From positions 318 to 64,317 of the forward strand of contig CAXTKM010000001.1 in NCBI GenBank assembly GCA_964244795.1: a stretch of 64,000 nucleotides of DNA. The letters are read 5' to 3'. The translations under genes and the position numbers were made by a program. The number at the start of each line of letters is the position of its first letter. The first letter of the stretch is position 1. Below are positions 17,263 to 27,317 of this stretch, piece by piece. The notes under the pieces are model-generated. The model saw only the letters and a list, made by a program, of their open reading frames with translations. It was not told the origin of the DNA and searched no databases. The DNA is from an uncultured Enterovirga sp. (GTDB lineage Bacteria; Pseudomonadota; Alphaproteobacteria; Rhizobiales; Beijerinckiaceae).

Positions 17263-18366
17263 TCAGCCTGTGCTGGAACTCGGTCGAGCGGCCGGCCTGA
17301 GCGGCCGGCCGGCGAAATCGGCGAAGTGGCAGGCCGCTGCATGCCCGGTTTCGTCCTCGGACAGCGAAGGCACGGCCTCCATGCAGCGGGCAGGAAGACG
17401 CTCTTCGCCGAAGGGCCGCGTCTCGGCCGCGCCGGCGCAAGCGATCGCGCGCGCCCGGGGGCAGCGCGGGTGGAAATGACAGCCCGGCGGCACCGCCGTC
17501 GCCGATCCGATCTCGCCCAGCGGGAGGGCCCGCACGCGGCGCCGCTCCTCGATCGGGTTCGGCACCGGGATCGCTGATAGCAGGGACTCGGTATAGGGGT
17601 GTCGCGGCCACTGGTAGATGGCGTCGCGCGGTCCGACCTCGACGACGCGTCCCAGATACATCACCGCGACGCGCGTGCTGACGTGGCGAACGACCGCGAG
17701 ATCGTGCCCGATGAAGACGTAGGAGATGCCTGTGCGGCGCTGAATGTCGCGCAGTAGGTTCAGGATCTGCGCCTGGATCGAGACGTCGAGCGCGGACACG
17801 GGCTCGTCGAGGACGAGGAGCTTGGGATCGAGCACGAGCGCCCGCGCGATCCCGATCCGCTGGCGTTGCCCTCCCGAGAACTCATGCGGATAGCGCTCGG
17901 CGACGGCCGGATCGAGGCCGACGTTCCGCATGGTCTCGGCGAGGCGGCCGGGGATCTCGCGGCGAGAGACGCCGTGCACGACCATCGGCTCCTCGACGAG
18001 CTGGCGCACGGTCATGCGCGGATCGAGCGAACCGTAGGGGTCCTGGAAGACCATCTGGATCCGGCTGCGCTCGCGGCGCATCTCGGCCGTCGAAAGCCGG
18101 GCCAGATCCTTCCTATCGAACAGGATCGCGCCGGAATCGGGATCGATGAGGCGCAGGATGAGCCGTCCGAGCGTGCTCTTGCCGCTGCCGGTCTCGCCGA
18201 CGAGCCCAAGGGTTTCGCCGCGCCGCAGGTCGAGTGAGACGCCGTCGACCGCCCGCACGCTGGCGCGGGAACGCGAGAAAAGGCCGGCGCGCCCGGCGAA
18301 GGTCTTGCTGATGCCGCGCAGCGACAGGAGCGGCGCATCCGCCACCCTTTGGAGGGAAGCGCTCAC
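17263..18366 (-). CDS. Opp/Dpp-type ABC transporter ATP-binding protein (DppF-like)
   Basis: GETGSGKST, YPHEFSGGQRQR, DEPVSALD, GCHFHPRC. Confidence 0.93.
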   Translation of the reverse strand: MSASLQRVADAPLLSLRGISKTFAGRAGLFSRSRASVRAVDGVSLDLRRGETLGLVGETGSGKSTLGRLILRLIDPDSGAILFDRKDLARLSTAEMRRERSRIQMVFQDPYGSLDPRMTVRQLVEEPMVVHGVSRREIPGRLAETMRNVGLDPAVAERYPHEFSGGQRQRIGIARALVLDPKLLVLDEPVSALDVSIQAQILNLLRDIQRRTGISYVFIGHDLAVVRHVSTRVAVMYLGRVVEVGPRDAIYQWPRHPYTESLLSAIPVPNPIEERRRVRALPLGEIGSATAVPPGCHFHPRCPRARAIACAGAAETRPFGEERLPARCMEAVPSLSEDETGHAAACHFADFAGRPLRPAARPSSSTG

Positions 18367-19409
18367 GCCCTGATCTCCGCGAGCGGACGGCCCAGTTCGG
18401 CGCGGTGGTGGCAGGCCGCCAGATGGTCGGCCTCCGCCGGACGGAGGCTCGGCTCGAGGGTTCGACAATCCTCCCGGCCTGCCGCGAGGAAACAGCGCGG
18501 CTCGAAGGAGCAGCCCTGCCGCGGAGCGCCGGGACGCGGCGGCTGCCCCTCGATCGGCGTCAGCGGCTGGTCGGCATCTCCGTCGAGATGCGGAATGCTG
18601 CGGAACAGCGAGACCGTGTAGGGGTGAGCGGTCGCCCCGAAGACCCGCTCCGTCGGGCCTTCCTCGACGACGCGGCCGGCATACATCACGGCCACATGGT
18701 CGGCGTAGCGCGCGACGACGCCGAGATCGTGCGTGATGAGCACGAGCGCCATGCCGGATTCCCGCTGCAGCTCGGCCAGGAGGTCGAGCACCTGCGCCTG
18801 CACGGTCACGTCGAGCGCCGTCGTCGGCTCGTCCGCGATGAGGACCTTCGGGTTGAGGGCGATCGCCATCGCGATCAGCACGCGCTGGCGCATGCCGCCC
18901 GAGAACTGGTGCGGGTAGTCGGAGAAGCGGCGCGAAGCGGCCGGGATGTGGACGCGCTCGAGGAGCGATATCGCCCGCGTCCGCGCGTCCCGCCGCGACA
19001 GCGGGAGATGCGCTCGAAGCACCTCCACGATCTGGTCTCCGACCGAGAAGACGGGGTTCAGGCCCGTGAGCGGGTCCTGGAACACCATCGCGATCTCGGC
19101 GCCCCGGATGCGCCGCAGCGCCGGCATGTCGATCCGCGCGAGGTCCCGGCCTTCGAGCATGATCTCGCCGGCCTCGAGACGGGCCGCCTTCGGGGCGAGC
19201 CGCAGGGCGGAGAGGAACGTCATGGTCTTGCCCGACCCGGACTCGCCCACGACAGCCAGCGTCTCGCCGGGGCCGACCTGCAGCGACACCCCGTCGACCA
19301 GCGTGAGCGTGCCTCCGGCCTGCGGAATGACCGTACGGATCCCGCGCAGCGCGAGGATCGGCGCGGGTCGGGGCGCGGGTTCCTGGGGGAACGAGATCGC
19401 GGCGCTCAT
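18363..19409 (-). CDS. Opp/Dpp-type ABC transporter ATP-binding protein (DppD-like)
   Basis: [36 protein letters not shown]. Confidence 0.94.
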   Translation of the reverse strand: MSAAISFPQEPAPRPAPILALRGIRTVIPQAGGTLTLVDGVSLQVGPGETLAVVGESGSGKTMTFLSALRLAPKAARLEAGEIMLEGRDLARIDMPALRRIRGAEIAMVFQDPLTGLNPVFSVGDQIVEVLRAHLPLSRRDARTRAISLLERVHIPAASRRFSDYPHQFSGGMRQRVLIAMAIALNPKVLIADEPTTALDVTVQAQVLDLLAELQRESGMALVLITHDLGVVARYADHVAVMYAGRVVEEGPTERVFGATAHPYTVSLFRSIPHLDGDADQPLTPIEGQPPRPGAPRQGCSFEPRCFLAAGREDCRTLEPSLRPAEADHLAACHHRAELGRPLAEIRA

Positions 19410-20314
19410 AGCATCTTCAGGCCGGCCTGCCGGCGCATCTGCGGGTCGAGCGTGTCACGCAGCCCGTCGCCGAGAAGGTTCAGCGCGACGACGGTCACGG
19501 CGATGCACAGGCCGGCGGATATCGAGATGAGCGGCGTCGTCGTCACGGCTGCCTGGCCGTCCGCGATGATGTTGCCCCAGGTCGGAGTCGGAGGCTGGAC
19601 CCCGAGGCCGAGGAAGCTGAGCCCGGCCTCGGCCAGGATCGCGGACGCGGCGCTCACCGTCGATACGACGATCACGGGCGGGAGGGCGTTCGGGATGATG
19701 TGCCGCAGGAGAATGCGCGCGTGCCCCATCCCGATGGCGTGCGAGGCCTCGATGAACGGCCGCGGCTGGATTGTCAGCACGACCGACCGCATGACGCTCG
19801 CGACGCGCGGGATATAGGCGATCGAGACCGCGACGATCACCGATTCCAGCGAAGAGCCGCGAGCGGCCACGATCGCCAGGGCGAGAAGGAAGCCCGGAAA
19901 GGCGAGGAGGATGTCGTTCGCCATGACGATCGTGCGCTGCACCCAGCCGCCGGCATAGCCCGCGATCGACCCGATCAGCGTCCCCAGGGTGAGGGAGATC
20001 GCGACCACGGCGAGCGCCACCTCGAGCGAGACGCGACTGCCGTAGATCAGGCGCGACAGCAGGCAGCGCCCGAACTGGTCGGTGCCGAGCGGGAAACGGC
20101 CCGACGGTGGCGCGTATGTGTTCAGGAGACTCGTGCGCGTCGGCGAGTTCGGGGCGAGATAGGGCGCGAAGATCGCGATCAGCGCGAGGATGACGAGGAC
20201 CGCGCAGCCGATCACGAGGCTGGGATGGGACAGGAAGCGGCCGAGCGGGCGCGCCCGCCTTCCGGCAGGGCCGGCCGCGTTCGGATTCCCGGTCGCCGGG
20301 GGAACGGAGCTCAT
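19406..20314 (-). CDS. Opp/Dpp-type ABC transporter permease (DppC-like)
   Basis: LGTDQFGR, RHIIPNA, EAGLSFLGLG, GDGLRDTLDP. Confidence 0.93.
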   Translation of the reverse strand: MSSVPPATGNPNAAGPAGRRARPLGRFLSHPSLVIGCAVLVILALIAIFAPYLAPNSPTRTSLLNTYAPPSGRFPLGTDQFGRCLLSRLIYGSRVSLEVALAVVAISLTLGTLIGSIAGYAGGWVQRTIVMANDILLAFPGFLLALAIVAARGSSLESVIVAVSIAYIPRVASVMRSVVLTIQPRPFIEASHAIGMGHARILLRHIIPNALPPVIVVSTVSAASAILAEAGLSFLGLGVQPPTPTWGNIIADGQAAVTTTPLISISAGLCIAVTVVALNLLGDGLRDTLDPQMRRQAGLKML

Positions 20315-21252
20315 GCGATCCTCAGGCGCGGGTCGATGACGCCGTAGAGGACGTCGAGCGCGATGTTGACGAGCACGATGCCGGCCGCGAGCACCAGCAC
20401 GCCCGCCTGGACGAGCTGGTAATCGCGCGCGAGGATCGCCTTCAGCAGGGTCGAGCCGAGACCGGGGCGGCTGAAGACCGCCTCCACCAGGATCGCGTTC
20501 CCGAGCGACCAGGCGAACGTCACGCCGACCACCGCCAGGATGGGCACGAGGGCGTTGCGGAGCGCCAGCCGGTACACGACGCGCCGTTCCGGGATGCCCA
20601 TGGCGCGTGCGACCCGCACGTAGTCCTGGTCCAGCACCTCCAGCATGGACGAGCGCGTCAGGCGCGAGATGTAGGCCGCGACCGACAGGCCCAGCACGAT
20701 CGCCGGCAGGGCGAGATGGTGCAGATTGCTGATCGCACCGCCGGAGGAGCTCGCACCCAGCGTCGGGAAGACCGGGATCCAGTGGGAGAACACCAGGATC
20801 GCGACGAGGCCCAGCCAGAACACCGGGAAGGAGATGCCGCCGAGCGAGGCGATCGTGACCACGAGGTCGAACCAGGTCCCCTGGCGGACGGCGGACGCGA
20901 CCCCGAGCGGAACGCCGAGCGCGACCGCGATCAGCAGTCCCGTGACCGCGAGCGTGAGGGACCAGGGCAGCGCGGCGACGACCTCCGTCAGCGCCGGCTG
21001 GCCGGTGACGATCGAGGTTCCGAAATCGCCCCGCACCGCCTGGCCGATGAAGAGCCCGTATTGCTCCGGCAGGGTGCGGTCGAGGCCGAGCTTGGCGCGC
21101 AGGACCGCGAGCGCGTCGGGCGTGGCGTAATCGCCGAGCATGTACAGCGCCGGGTCGCCCGGGATGGCCCGGACGAGAAAGAATGCCACCGTCGCGATGC
21201 CGAGCCCGGTGATCACCAACTGAATGGCGCACCGGGCGAGGTACTTGGGCAT
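20311..21252 (-). CDS. Opp/Dpp-type ABC transporter permease (DppB-like)
   Basis: PGDPA, LGLD, TRSSMLEVL..DYVR.AR, DPRLR. Confidence 0.93.
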   Translation of the reverse strand: MPKYLARCAIQLVITGLGIATVAFFLVRAIPGDPALYMLGDYATPDALAVLRAKLGLDRTLPEQYGLFIGQAVRGDFGTSIVTGQPALTEVVAALPWSLTLAVTGLLIAVALGVPLGVASAVRQGTWFDLVVTIASLGGISFPVFWLGLVAILVFSHWIPVFPTLGASSSGGAISNLHHLALPAIVLGLSVAAYISRLTRSSMLEVLDQDYVRVARAMGIPERRVVYRLALRNALVPILAVVGVTFAWSLGNAILVEAVFSRPGLGSTLLKAILARDYQLVQAGVLVLAAGIVLVNIALDVLYGVIDPRLRIA

Positions 21253-22826
21253 CAGGCGCCCCGCAGCCCGACCGAATAGGCCTGGACCGTGAACATGGAG
21301 TTCTGGACGAGTCCCTGGACCGCGGCCGTATGCGCCATGAAGAGGCGGTCGGCGAAGAGCGGGATGGCCGGGATGTCGGTCATGCTCCGCTCCAGGATGG
21401 CCTTGAACGCGGCCTTGCGTTCGGCATCGCCGCTCGCCTTCGATGCAGCGGCGAGAAGATCGTCGACCTTGTCGTAGCGGGCCGTGTTGAGGCCGGGCGG
21501 GAAGGAGCGGGTCGAGAACAATGTCGTGAGGGGTGTGCCCGGATCGGGCGGCCCCACGACCGCGGTCACGCAGCTCTGGACGTTCCCGCTGGAGCGCGCC
21601 TGCTGATAGGCCGCGCGCTCGAGGACGCGCACGTTCGTCTCGATCCCGACCTCGTTCAGGTCCTCGGCGATCGCGAGCGGGAACTTGTCGTAGGGACTGA
21701 GGCCGACGGTCGTGATCTCAAACTTGAAGCCGGAGACGCCCGCCTCCTTGAGCAGGGATTTCGCCTTCGCCGGATCGTACGGGTATTGCGGCACGTCCTC
21801 GCTGTACTCCTGGAAGGCGGAGGTGAGCACGTTCGCGGCGCGGTACTTGGTACCGCGGAAGAAGCCGTCGATCAGCGCCTTCGTGTTGATGGCGTGCGCC
21901 ATCGCGCGGCGCACGCGAACATCGTCGAGCGGCTTGATCGTGGTGTTCAGCACGAGGTTGACCGTGTTGCTCGCCGGCCGGTCGAGGAGGGTCACGCCCG
22001 AGATCCTGCGCAGCCGCTCGATGATCTCGGCCTGCTGCAGGCCGAAGAAGATGTCGATCTCCTTGCGTTCCAGCGCGATGGCGGCCGCCGTCTCGTCGCG
22101 CACGATGCGGAACACGAGGCCGGGCACCTGCGGCTTGCCCTCGAAATAGGAGGTGTTGGCCGAGAGCCGGACTTCGCTGCCCGGCGTCCAGCGCTCGAAC
22201 ACGAACGGGCCCGTGCCGACCGGGTTGAGATTGTACCTCTCGCCCAGCGCCGTCACCGCGTTGCGGGACACGATCCAGCCTTGGTTGAAGGCCGTGACCT
22301 TGTGGAGGAAGCCGCCGTTCGGCCCGTCGAGCTCGACCCGGACCGTCATCGGATCGGGGGCCTCGACCTTGGCGACGCCGAGGAACTGGCCGCGATAGGC
22401 GCTGCCGGACGCCGGATCGAGGATGCGCTCGAAGCTGAACTTCACGTCGTCCGACGTGAAGGGGCCGTTGTCCTTGTGCCAGGTCACGCCGGGGCGGAGC
22501 TTGAACGTATACGTCTTGCCGTCCGGCGAGATGGACCATTCGGTGGCGAGGTCCGGGACGATCCTGTTCGTCGCCTGGTCGTACTTGACCAGTCCGTTGT
22601 AGATGTTGGACGCGACCGACTGGTTCTCGATCTGAAAGATCTTCAGCGGATCGAGGATCGAGATATCGGCGCCGAGGCGGATGCGGAGATCGCCGGCCTG
22701 CTGTGCCGCAGCGGGAGACGCGCCGCCGAGGCCGGCCGGAGCAAGGGCCAGCACGCCGGCCCCTCCGAGGAGGCCGGCCAGACGGCGCCGCGTGATGGAG
22801 TCCGGCTTCGACAGATCGTCAGACAT
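21252..22826 (-). CDS. family-5 ABC substrate-binding protein, Tat-exported
   Basis: ITRRRL Tat signal; PDLATEW, YTFKLRPGVTWH, PVGTGPF, YDPAKAK. Confidence 0.92.
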   Translation of the reverse strand: MSDDLSKPDSITRRRLAGLLGGAGVLALAPAGLGGASPAAAQQAGDLRIRLGADISILDPLKIFQIENQSVASNIYNGLVKYDQATNRIVPDLATEWSISPDGKTYTFKLRPGVTWHKDNGPFTSDDVKFSFERILDPASGSAYRGQFLGVAKVEAPDPMTVRVELDGPNGGFLHKVTAFNQGWIVSRNAVTALGERYNLNPVGTGPFVFERWTPGSEVRLSANTSYFEGKPQVPGLVFRIVRDETAAAIALERKEIDIFFGLQQAEIIERLRRISGVTLLDRPASNTVNLVLNTTIKPLDDVRVRRAMAHAINTKALIDGFFRGTKYRAANVLTSAFQEYSEDVPQYPYDPAKAKSLLKEAGVSGFKFEITTVGLSPYDKFPLAIAEDLNEVGIETNVRVLERAAYQQARSSGNVQSCVTAVVGPPDPGTPLTTLFSTRSFPPGLNTARYDKVDDLLAAASKASGDAERKAAFKAILERSMTDIPAIPLFADRLFMAHTAAVQGLVQNSMFTVQAYSVGLRGA

Positions 22827-24466
22827 CAGGTTCCCCTCTCGTTGTGGGATGTTCGGCTTTCGGACGTCACCGCGAAGCGGAACGCGGGTTCGTGATCCTT
22901 GGCGCTCGGGCGCGGAAGGGCCACGGCGTTCGCGGCGACAGGATCGAGCAGCGCGGCCATGCGGGCGCGGTGGTCGGGCGAGAGCCGCTCCAGGCCGTAC
23001 CGCCGGAGGAACGCCGCGAGTTCGGGAATGAGGTCCTGCCTTGCGTCGGGCCGGTCGGGTTCCGGCGCCGGCGGCATCGCCGCCGGCTCGGGACGCCGGT
23101 CGCGCCATCCGCCGGTCGCCGCCTCGAAGGCGGCGGCCGCACGCAACAGCACATCCTCGCGGCCGTGATCGGCGACCATCTGCCAGTGCAGCGGCAGTCC
23201 GGCCTCCGAGAAGCCGGTGCATTGCACCAGAGCCGGGTGACCCGACAGGTTGAACGGCGTGAAGCAGGTCTCGACCGTATAGGCGGTCATCTCCGGCTCG
23301 ACGCCGAGGCGGGGCGCCGGCTGGAGCGTGCCCCAGGTCACCAGCACGTCGTGCCGGCCGATCAACGCCGCGAGGGCGTCCGCGATGTCGCGGCGCCTGC
23401 GCTGGGCCGTGATGTAGTCGACCGCGCGCACCAGGGTCCCGGCCAGGAGCTTGTCGCGGAGCGCGAAGCCCATCTCGCCGGGTCGTTCGCGCAGCTCCCG
23501 CTCGTGGATCGCAGCCGATTCCGCCGGGCCGATGATCCGCGTGACCGCGAAGCACTCGGCGGCCGGGACGGGCAGCGCGCATTCGCTCACGACGGCGCCC
23601 TCCGCGACCAGCGTCCCGACCGCGCGCTCGAACGCCGCCGCCATCTCGGGCGAAGGCGCCGGGAAACCCGGCCCGATGTCGCGCACGACCGCGACCCGCA
23701 CGCCGTCCAGCGACGGCGTCGACGTGATCGCGATGCCGGGATCGCCCGCCAGGACCGAGAGGACGAGCGAGGCATCCTCCGCCGTCCAGGTGAACGGCCC
23801 GGGTACGTCGAGCGAATAGCAGTTCGGCAGGATGCCGCGGACGCTCAGGCGTCCTGCCGTCGGGATGATCCCGACGATGCCGGTCGCGCTCGCCGGAAGG
23901 CGGACCGAGCCGGTCGTGTCCGAGCCGAGCGCGAACTTGACGAAGCCGGCCGCGACCGCCGCTCCCGCGCCGGTGCTGGACCCGCCCGTGAAGCGTTCCG
24001 TGTCCCACGGGTTGCGGGCGGGCGGGAACGGCAGGTCGAAATACTCCCCGCCATTGCCCGTGCCGTACTCCCAGGTCGACAGCTTGCCGAGACAGACCGC
24101 GCCCGCCGTCTTGATGCGAGCGACCAGGTCCGCGTCGCGCTCCGGAACATGGGTGAGACGGAGCCGAGACCCGGATGTCGCCGGCAGCCCGGCGACGTCG
24201 TAGTTGTCCTTCACGGCGAACGGGATGCCGTGCAACGGGCCGCGCCAGCGGCCGGCGGCGATCTCGCGCCCGGCGATGTCGGCCGCCTTGAGGGCGCCTT
24301 CGCGATCGAGATGGACGAAGGCCCGGACGACGGGCTCGAACGCCTCGATCCGCGCGAGGTGGGCCTCCAGCAAAGCCGTCGGCGTGAACTCGCCGCGCCG
24401 AAGCGCTGCGGATGCCGCCGCGATGCTCCGGAAGCAGAGAGGAGTTGAATGCGCCATCGATCCCAT
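22826..24466 (-). CDS. amidase-signature family amidase with C-terminal AtzG/GatC-like extension
   Basis: AVKD, GGSSTG, GSDTTGSVR; about 85 extra residues after the usual WR.RRP end. Confidence 0.9.
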   Translation of the reverse strand: MGSMAHSTPLCFRSIAAASAALRRGEFTPTALLEAHLARIEAFEPVVRAFVHLDREGALKAADIAGREIAAGRWRGPLHGIPFAVKDNYDVAGLPATSGSRLRLTHVPERDADLVARIKTAGAVCLGKLSTWEYGTGNGGEYFDLPFPPARNPWDTERFTGGSSTGAGAAVAAGFVKFALGSDTTGSVRLPASATGIVGIIPTAGRLSVRGILPNCYSLDVPGPFTWTAEDASLVLSVLAGDPGIAITSTPSLDGVRVAVVRDIGPGFPAPSPEMAAAFERAVGTLVAEGAVVSECALPVPAAECFAVTRIIGPAESAAIHERELRERPGEMGFALRDKLLAGTLVRAVDYITAQRRRRDIADALAALIGRHDVLVTWGTLQPAPRLGVEPEMTAYTVETCFTPFNLSGHPALVQCTGFSEAGLPLHWQMVADHGREDVLLRAAAAFEAATGGWRDRRPEPAAMPPAPEPDRPDARQDLIPELAAFLRRYGLERLSPDHRARMAALLDPVAANAVALPRPSAKDHEPAFRFAVTSESRTSHNERGT

Positions 24467-24631
24467 CAGCCGGCCCAGGGCCTGTCTGAACTGTATCCTC
24501 TTGCGCCTATCCGCCCCCGTCAATCGGTAATGCGGCACAGTTTTCGGCACTGAGTGTATACGATTCGACCATCTGCTGATCGGCATGGCCCTCGTCCGCG
24601 CGACGCCCACGACCCTCGGACAGCGTCGGGT

Positions 24632-25573
24632 TCAGGCTGCCGCCGCGGCGGGCGGAAACAGGCTGACATGGGCGGTCTGTGCCGGAAGCCGGCGGCTCAT
24701 CTGCTCCTCGAGCCACAGCGTCGTCGCGCGCAGGCCCTCGAAGGACACGCCCGACCGCACGCTGCTCCGGTCGAGCATATAGACGAGATCCTCAGTGCCG
24801 ATGTTGCCCGTCGCCTCGGGCGCGAAGGGGCACCCGCCGATCCCGCCGAGGCTCGCATCCAGCGCCGAGACGCCGGCCCGCAGAGCGGCGTCGGCATTGG
24901 CGTAGCCGGTGTTGCGCGTGTTGTGGAAATGAGCCCGCAGCCTCATGCCGGGCACGGCCTCGCGGACGGCCGCGAAGCGGGTTTCGACATCCGACGGCGT
25001 GCCGACGCCGATCGTGTCGGCGAGCGACAGCTCGTCGATCCCGATCTCGGCCAGCGCGCACGCGAGGTGGACGACCCGCTCCACCGGCACCTCGCCCTCG
25101 AAGGGGCAGCCGAACGCGGCCGCGATCGTGACGGAGCGAAACAATCCTGCCGCCGATGCGCGGCCCGAGATGGCCCGCCAGGTCTCGAGGTTCTGCCCGA
25201 CGGTCGTCCCCTGGTTTCGCTGGCTCAAGGTCTCGCTCGCCACCGCCGCGAAGGTGATCTCGGAGAAGGCTCCCGTCGCGAGCGCCCGGTCGAAGCCGCG
25301 CTCGTTGAGGACGAGGCCCGACAGGCTGACATCCGCGAGCCGTCCGAGCGCGCGCACGACGTCCTCCGCATCCGCCATCTGGGGCACGCGCTTCGGATGG
25401 ACGAAGCTCGTCGCCTCGATCCGCCGCAAACCCGTGGCGGCGAGCCGGCGGATCAGTTCGACCTTGATCTCGGTCGGGAGGAGCTGGCGGTCGTTCTGGA
25501 GACCGTCCCGCGGCCCGACCTCGATGATCTCGACCGTGGCCGGCCGGGCCGGCATGCGGGTTCCTGCCGACAT
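24632..25573 (-). CDS. HMG-CoA lyase family (DRE-TIM) acyl-CoA lyase
   Basis: EVGPRDGLQN, TSFVHPKRVPQMAD, LADTIG, HFHNTR, GGCPFAP. Confidence 0.92.
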   Translation of the reverse strand: MSAGTRMPARPATVEIIEVGPRDGLQNDRQLLPTEIKVELIRRLAATGLRRIEATSFVHPKRVPQMADAEDVVRALGRLADVSLSGLVLNERGFDRALATGAFSEITFAAVASETLSQRNQGTTVGQNLETWRAISGRASAAGLFRSVTIAAAFGCPFEGEVPVERVVHLACALAEIGIDELSLADTIGVGTPSDVETRFAAVREAVPGMRLRAHFHNTRNTGYANADAALRAGVSALDASLGGIGGCPFAPEATGNIGTEDLVYMLDRSSVRSGVSFEGLRATTLWLEEQMSRRLPAQTAHVSLFPPAAAAA

Positions 25574-26823
25574 CACGCCGCCTCCTGCCGCGCGCCCGCG
25601 CCGATCGCGCCCAGGCGCGCCAACCCGGCGAGCGTCTCGGGTGTCATGCCGAGAAGGCGACCGAGGATGTCCTCGTTGTGCTCGCCGAGATCCGGCCCGG
25701 CGCTCGTGACCCTGCCCGGTGTCGCGGACAGGCGAGGCGCCACGTTCTGCATCTTCAGCATCCCGAGTCGCGGATGCGCGATCTGGACGATGGTCTCCCG
25801 GGCCTTGAAATGGGCATCCTCGAGCATCTCGGGAGCGCGGTAGATGTCGCCGCGCGGCACCGCGTGGCTGTCGAGCAGGGCTCCGAGCTCCTCGCGCTCG
25901 AAGCCGGCCGTCCAGTCCGCGATCATCGTGTCGAGCTCGGCCTGGCGCTGGCCCCGCGCCGTGTGGGTCGCGTAGAGCGGATCCTCGGCCAGTTCAGGGC
26001 GGCCCATCGCGGCCGCGAGGCGCTTGAACACAGTGTCCTGGTTCGCCGCGATCAGCACGAACACGCCGCTCTTCGTCGGGTAGACGTTCGAGGGCGCGAT
26101 GTTCGGCAGGATCGAGCCGGTCCGCTCGCGGACATAGCCCGTCTTGTCGTATTCCGTGATGAGGTTCTCCATCACGGCGAGCACGGCCTCGTAGATGGCG
26201 CTGTCGACGATCTGCCCCCGGCCGGTCCGTTCCCGGGCATGGAGCGCCATGAGGCCGCCGAGGCAGGCGAAGGTCGCGGCCAGCGTGTCGCCGATCGAGA
26301 TGCCCGCCCGGGACGGCGGGTTCGACGGATCGCCCACGACGTAGCGCAGCCCGCCCATCGCCTCGCCGATCGCGCCGTAGCCGGCGTTCTTTGAATAGGG
26401 CCCGGTCTGCCCGTAGCCGGAGACCCGGATCATGATCAGCCGCGGATTGATGGCGGCGAGCGCGTCGTAGCCGAGGCCCCACTTTTCCATCGTGCCCGGT
26501 CGGAAGTTCTCGACCAGGATGTCGGAGCGCTTGACCAGCTCGCGGATGACGTCCTGGCCTTCAGGAACGCGCGCATTCACCTCGATCGACTTCTTGTTGC
26601 GCGCGATGACCGGCCACCACAGGGACTGGCCATGCGGCTTCTCGCGGCCCCATTCCCGCATCGGATCGCCCGAACCGGGCTGCTCGATCTTGATCACCTC
26701 GGCCCCGAAATCGGCCAGGAGTTGACCGCAGAAGGGACCCGCGAGGAGCTGTCCCATCTCGATCACGCGCAGATCGGAAAGGGGCCCCTCCCGGACCGGC
26801 TCGTTTTGCTTCGTGTCGCTCAT
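25573..26823 (-). CDS. CaiB/BaiF family III CoA-transferase
   Basis: GPLSDLRVIE, LADFGAEVIKIE, RNKKS, ENFRPG, SGYGQTGP. Confidence 0.94.
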   Translation of the reverse strand: MSDTKQNEPVREGPLSDLRVIEMGQLLAGPFCGQLLADFGAEVIKIEQPGSGDPMREWGREKPHGQSLWWPVIARNKKSIEVNARVPEGQDVIRELVKRSDILVENFRPGTMEKWGLGYDALAAINPRLIMIRVSGYGQTGPYSKNAGYGAIGEAMGGLRYVVGDPSNPPSRAGISIGDTLAATFACLGGLMALHARERTGRGQIVDSAIYEAVLAVMENLITEYDKTGYVRERTGSILPNIAPSNVYPTKSGVFVLIAANQDTVFKRLAAAMGRPELAEDPLYATHTARGQRQAELDTMIADWTAGFEREELGALLDSHAVPRGDIYRAPEMLEDAHFKARETIVQIAHPRLGMLKMQNVAPRLSATPGRVTSAGPDLGEHNEDILGRLLGMTPETLAGLARLGAIGAGARQEAA

Positions 26824-26861
26824 GATCGTCTCGCTGTGCGGGTCCGGGTCCGTCCGAGGGG

Positions 26862-27287
26862 TCAGGTGATGTCGGCGTCGACGGCGGAGAGCGCGGCGCG
26901 GGCGATCTCCATGTCCTCGGAGTAGTGACCGCCGCTCACCCCGATCGCCCCGACGATCTCGCCGTCGATGCGGATCGGGTAGCCGCCGCCGAAGATCGTG
27001 AGCCGCGGCGTGTGCGTGATCCCGTGCAGGAGGGGCGGGTCGTTCTTCACGATATCCCACCAGACATGCGTCGCGATGCCGAAAGCGCTGGCCGAATAGG
27101 CTTTGTCCTGCGAGATGCCGATCGTCAGGTGCCCCGCGCCATCCATCGCCGTGAAGGCCTTGAGCTGGCCGGCCTCGTTGGTGATCGCGACGCTGACCTT
27201 CTTGTTCATCTCGTCGGCCTTCGCGATGGCCGCCTTGATCATGCGCCTCGCGGTCTTCTCGTCGATGCTGTGCTTCACGATCGGCAT
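26862..27287 (-). CDS. GlcG/HbpS-family heme-binding protein
   Basis: AMDGA, DKAYSA, GGGYPI...GEIVGAIGVSGG..EDMEIA; GGAGGAG RBS. Confidence 0.9.
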   Translation of the reverse strand: MPIVKHSIDEKTARRMIKAAIAKADEMNKKVSVAITNEAGQLKAFTAMDGAGHLTIGISQDKAYSASAFGIATHVWWDIVKNDPPLLHGITHTPRLTIFGGGYPIRIDGEIVGAIGVSGGHYSEDMEIARAALSAVDADIT

Positions 27288-27317
27288 GCTCTCGTCTCCT
27301 CCGTCGGCCATGGCCGA

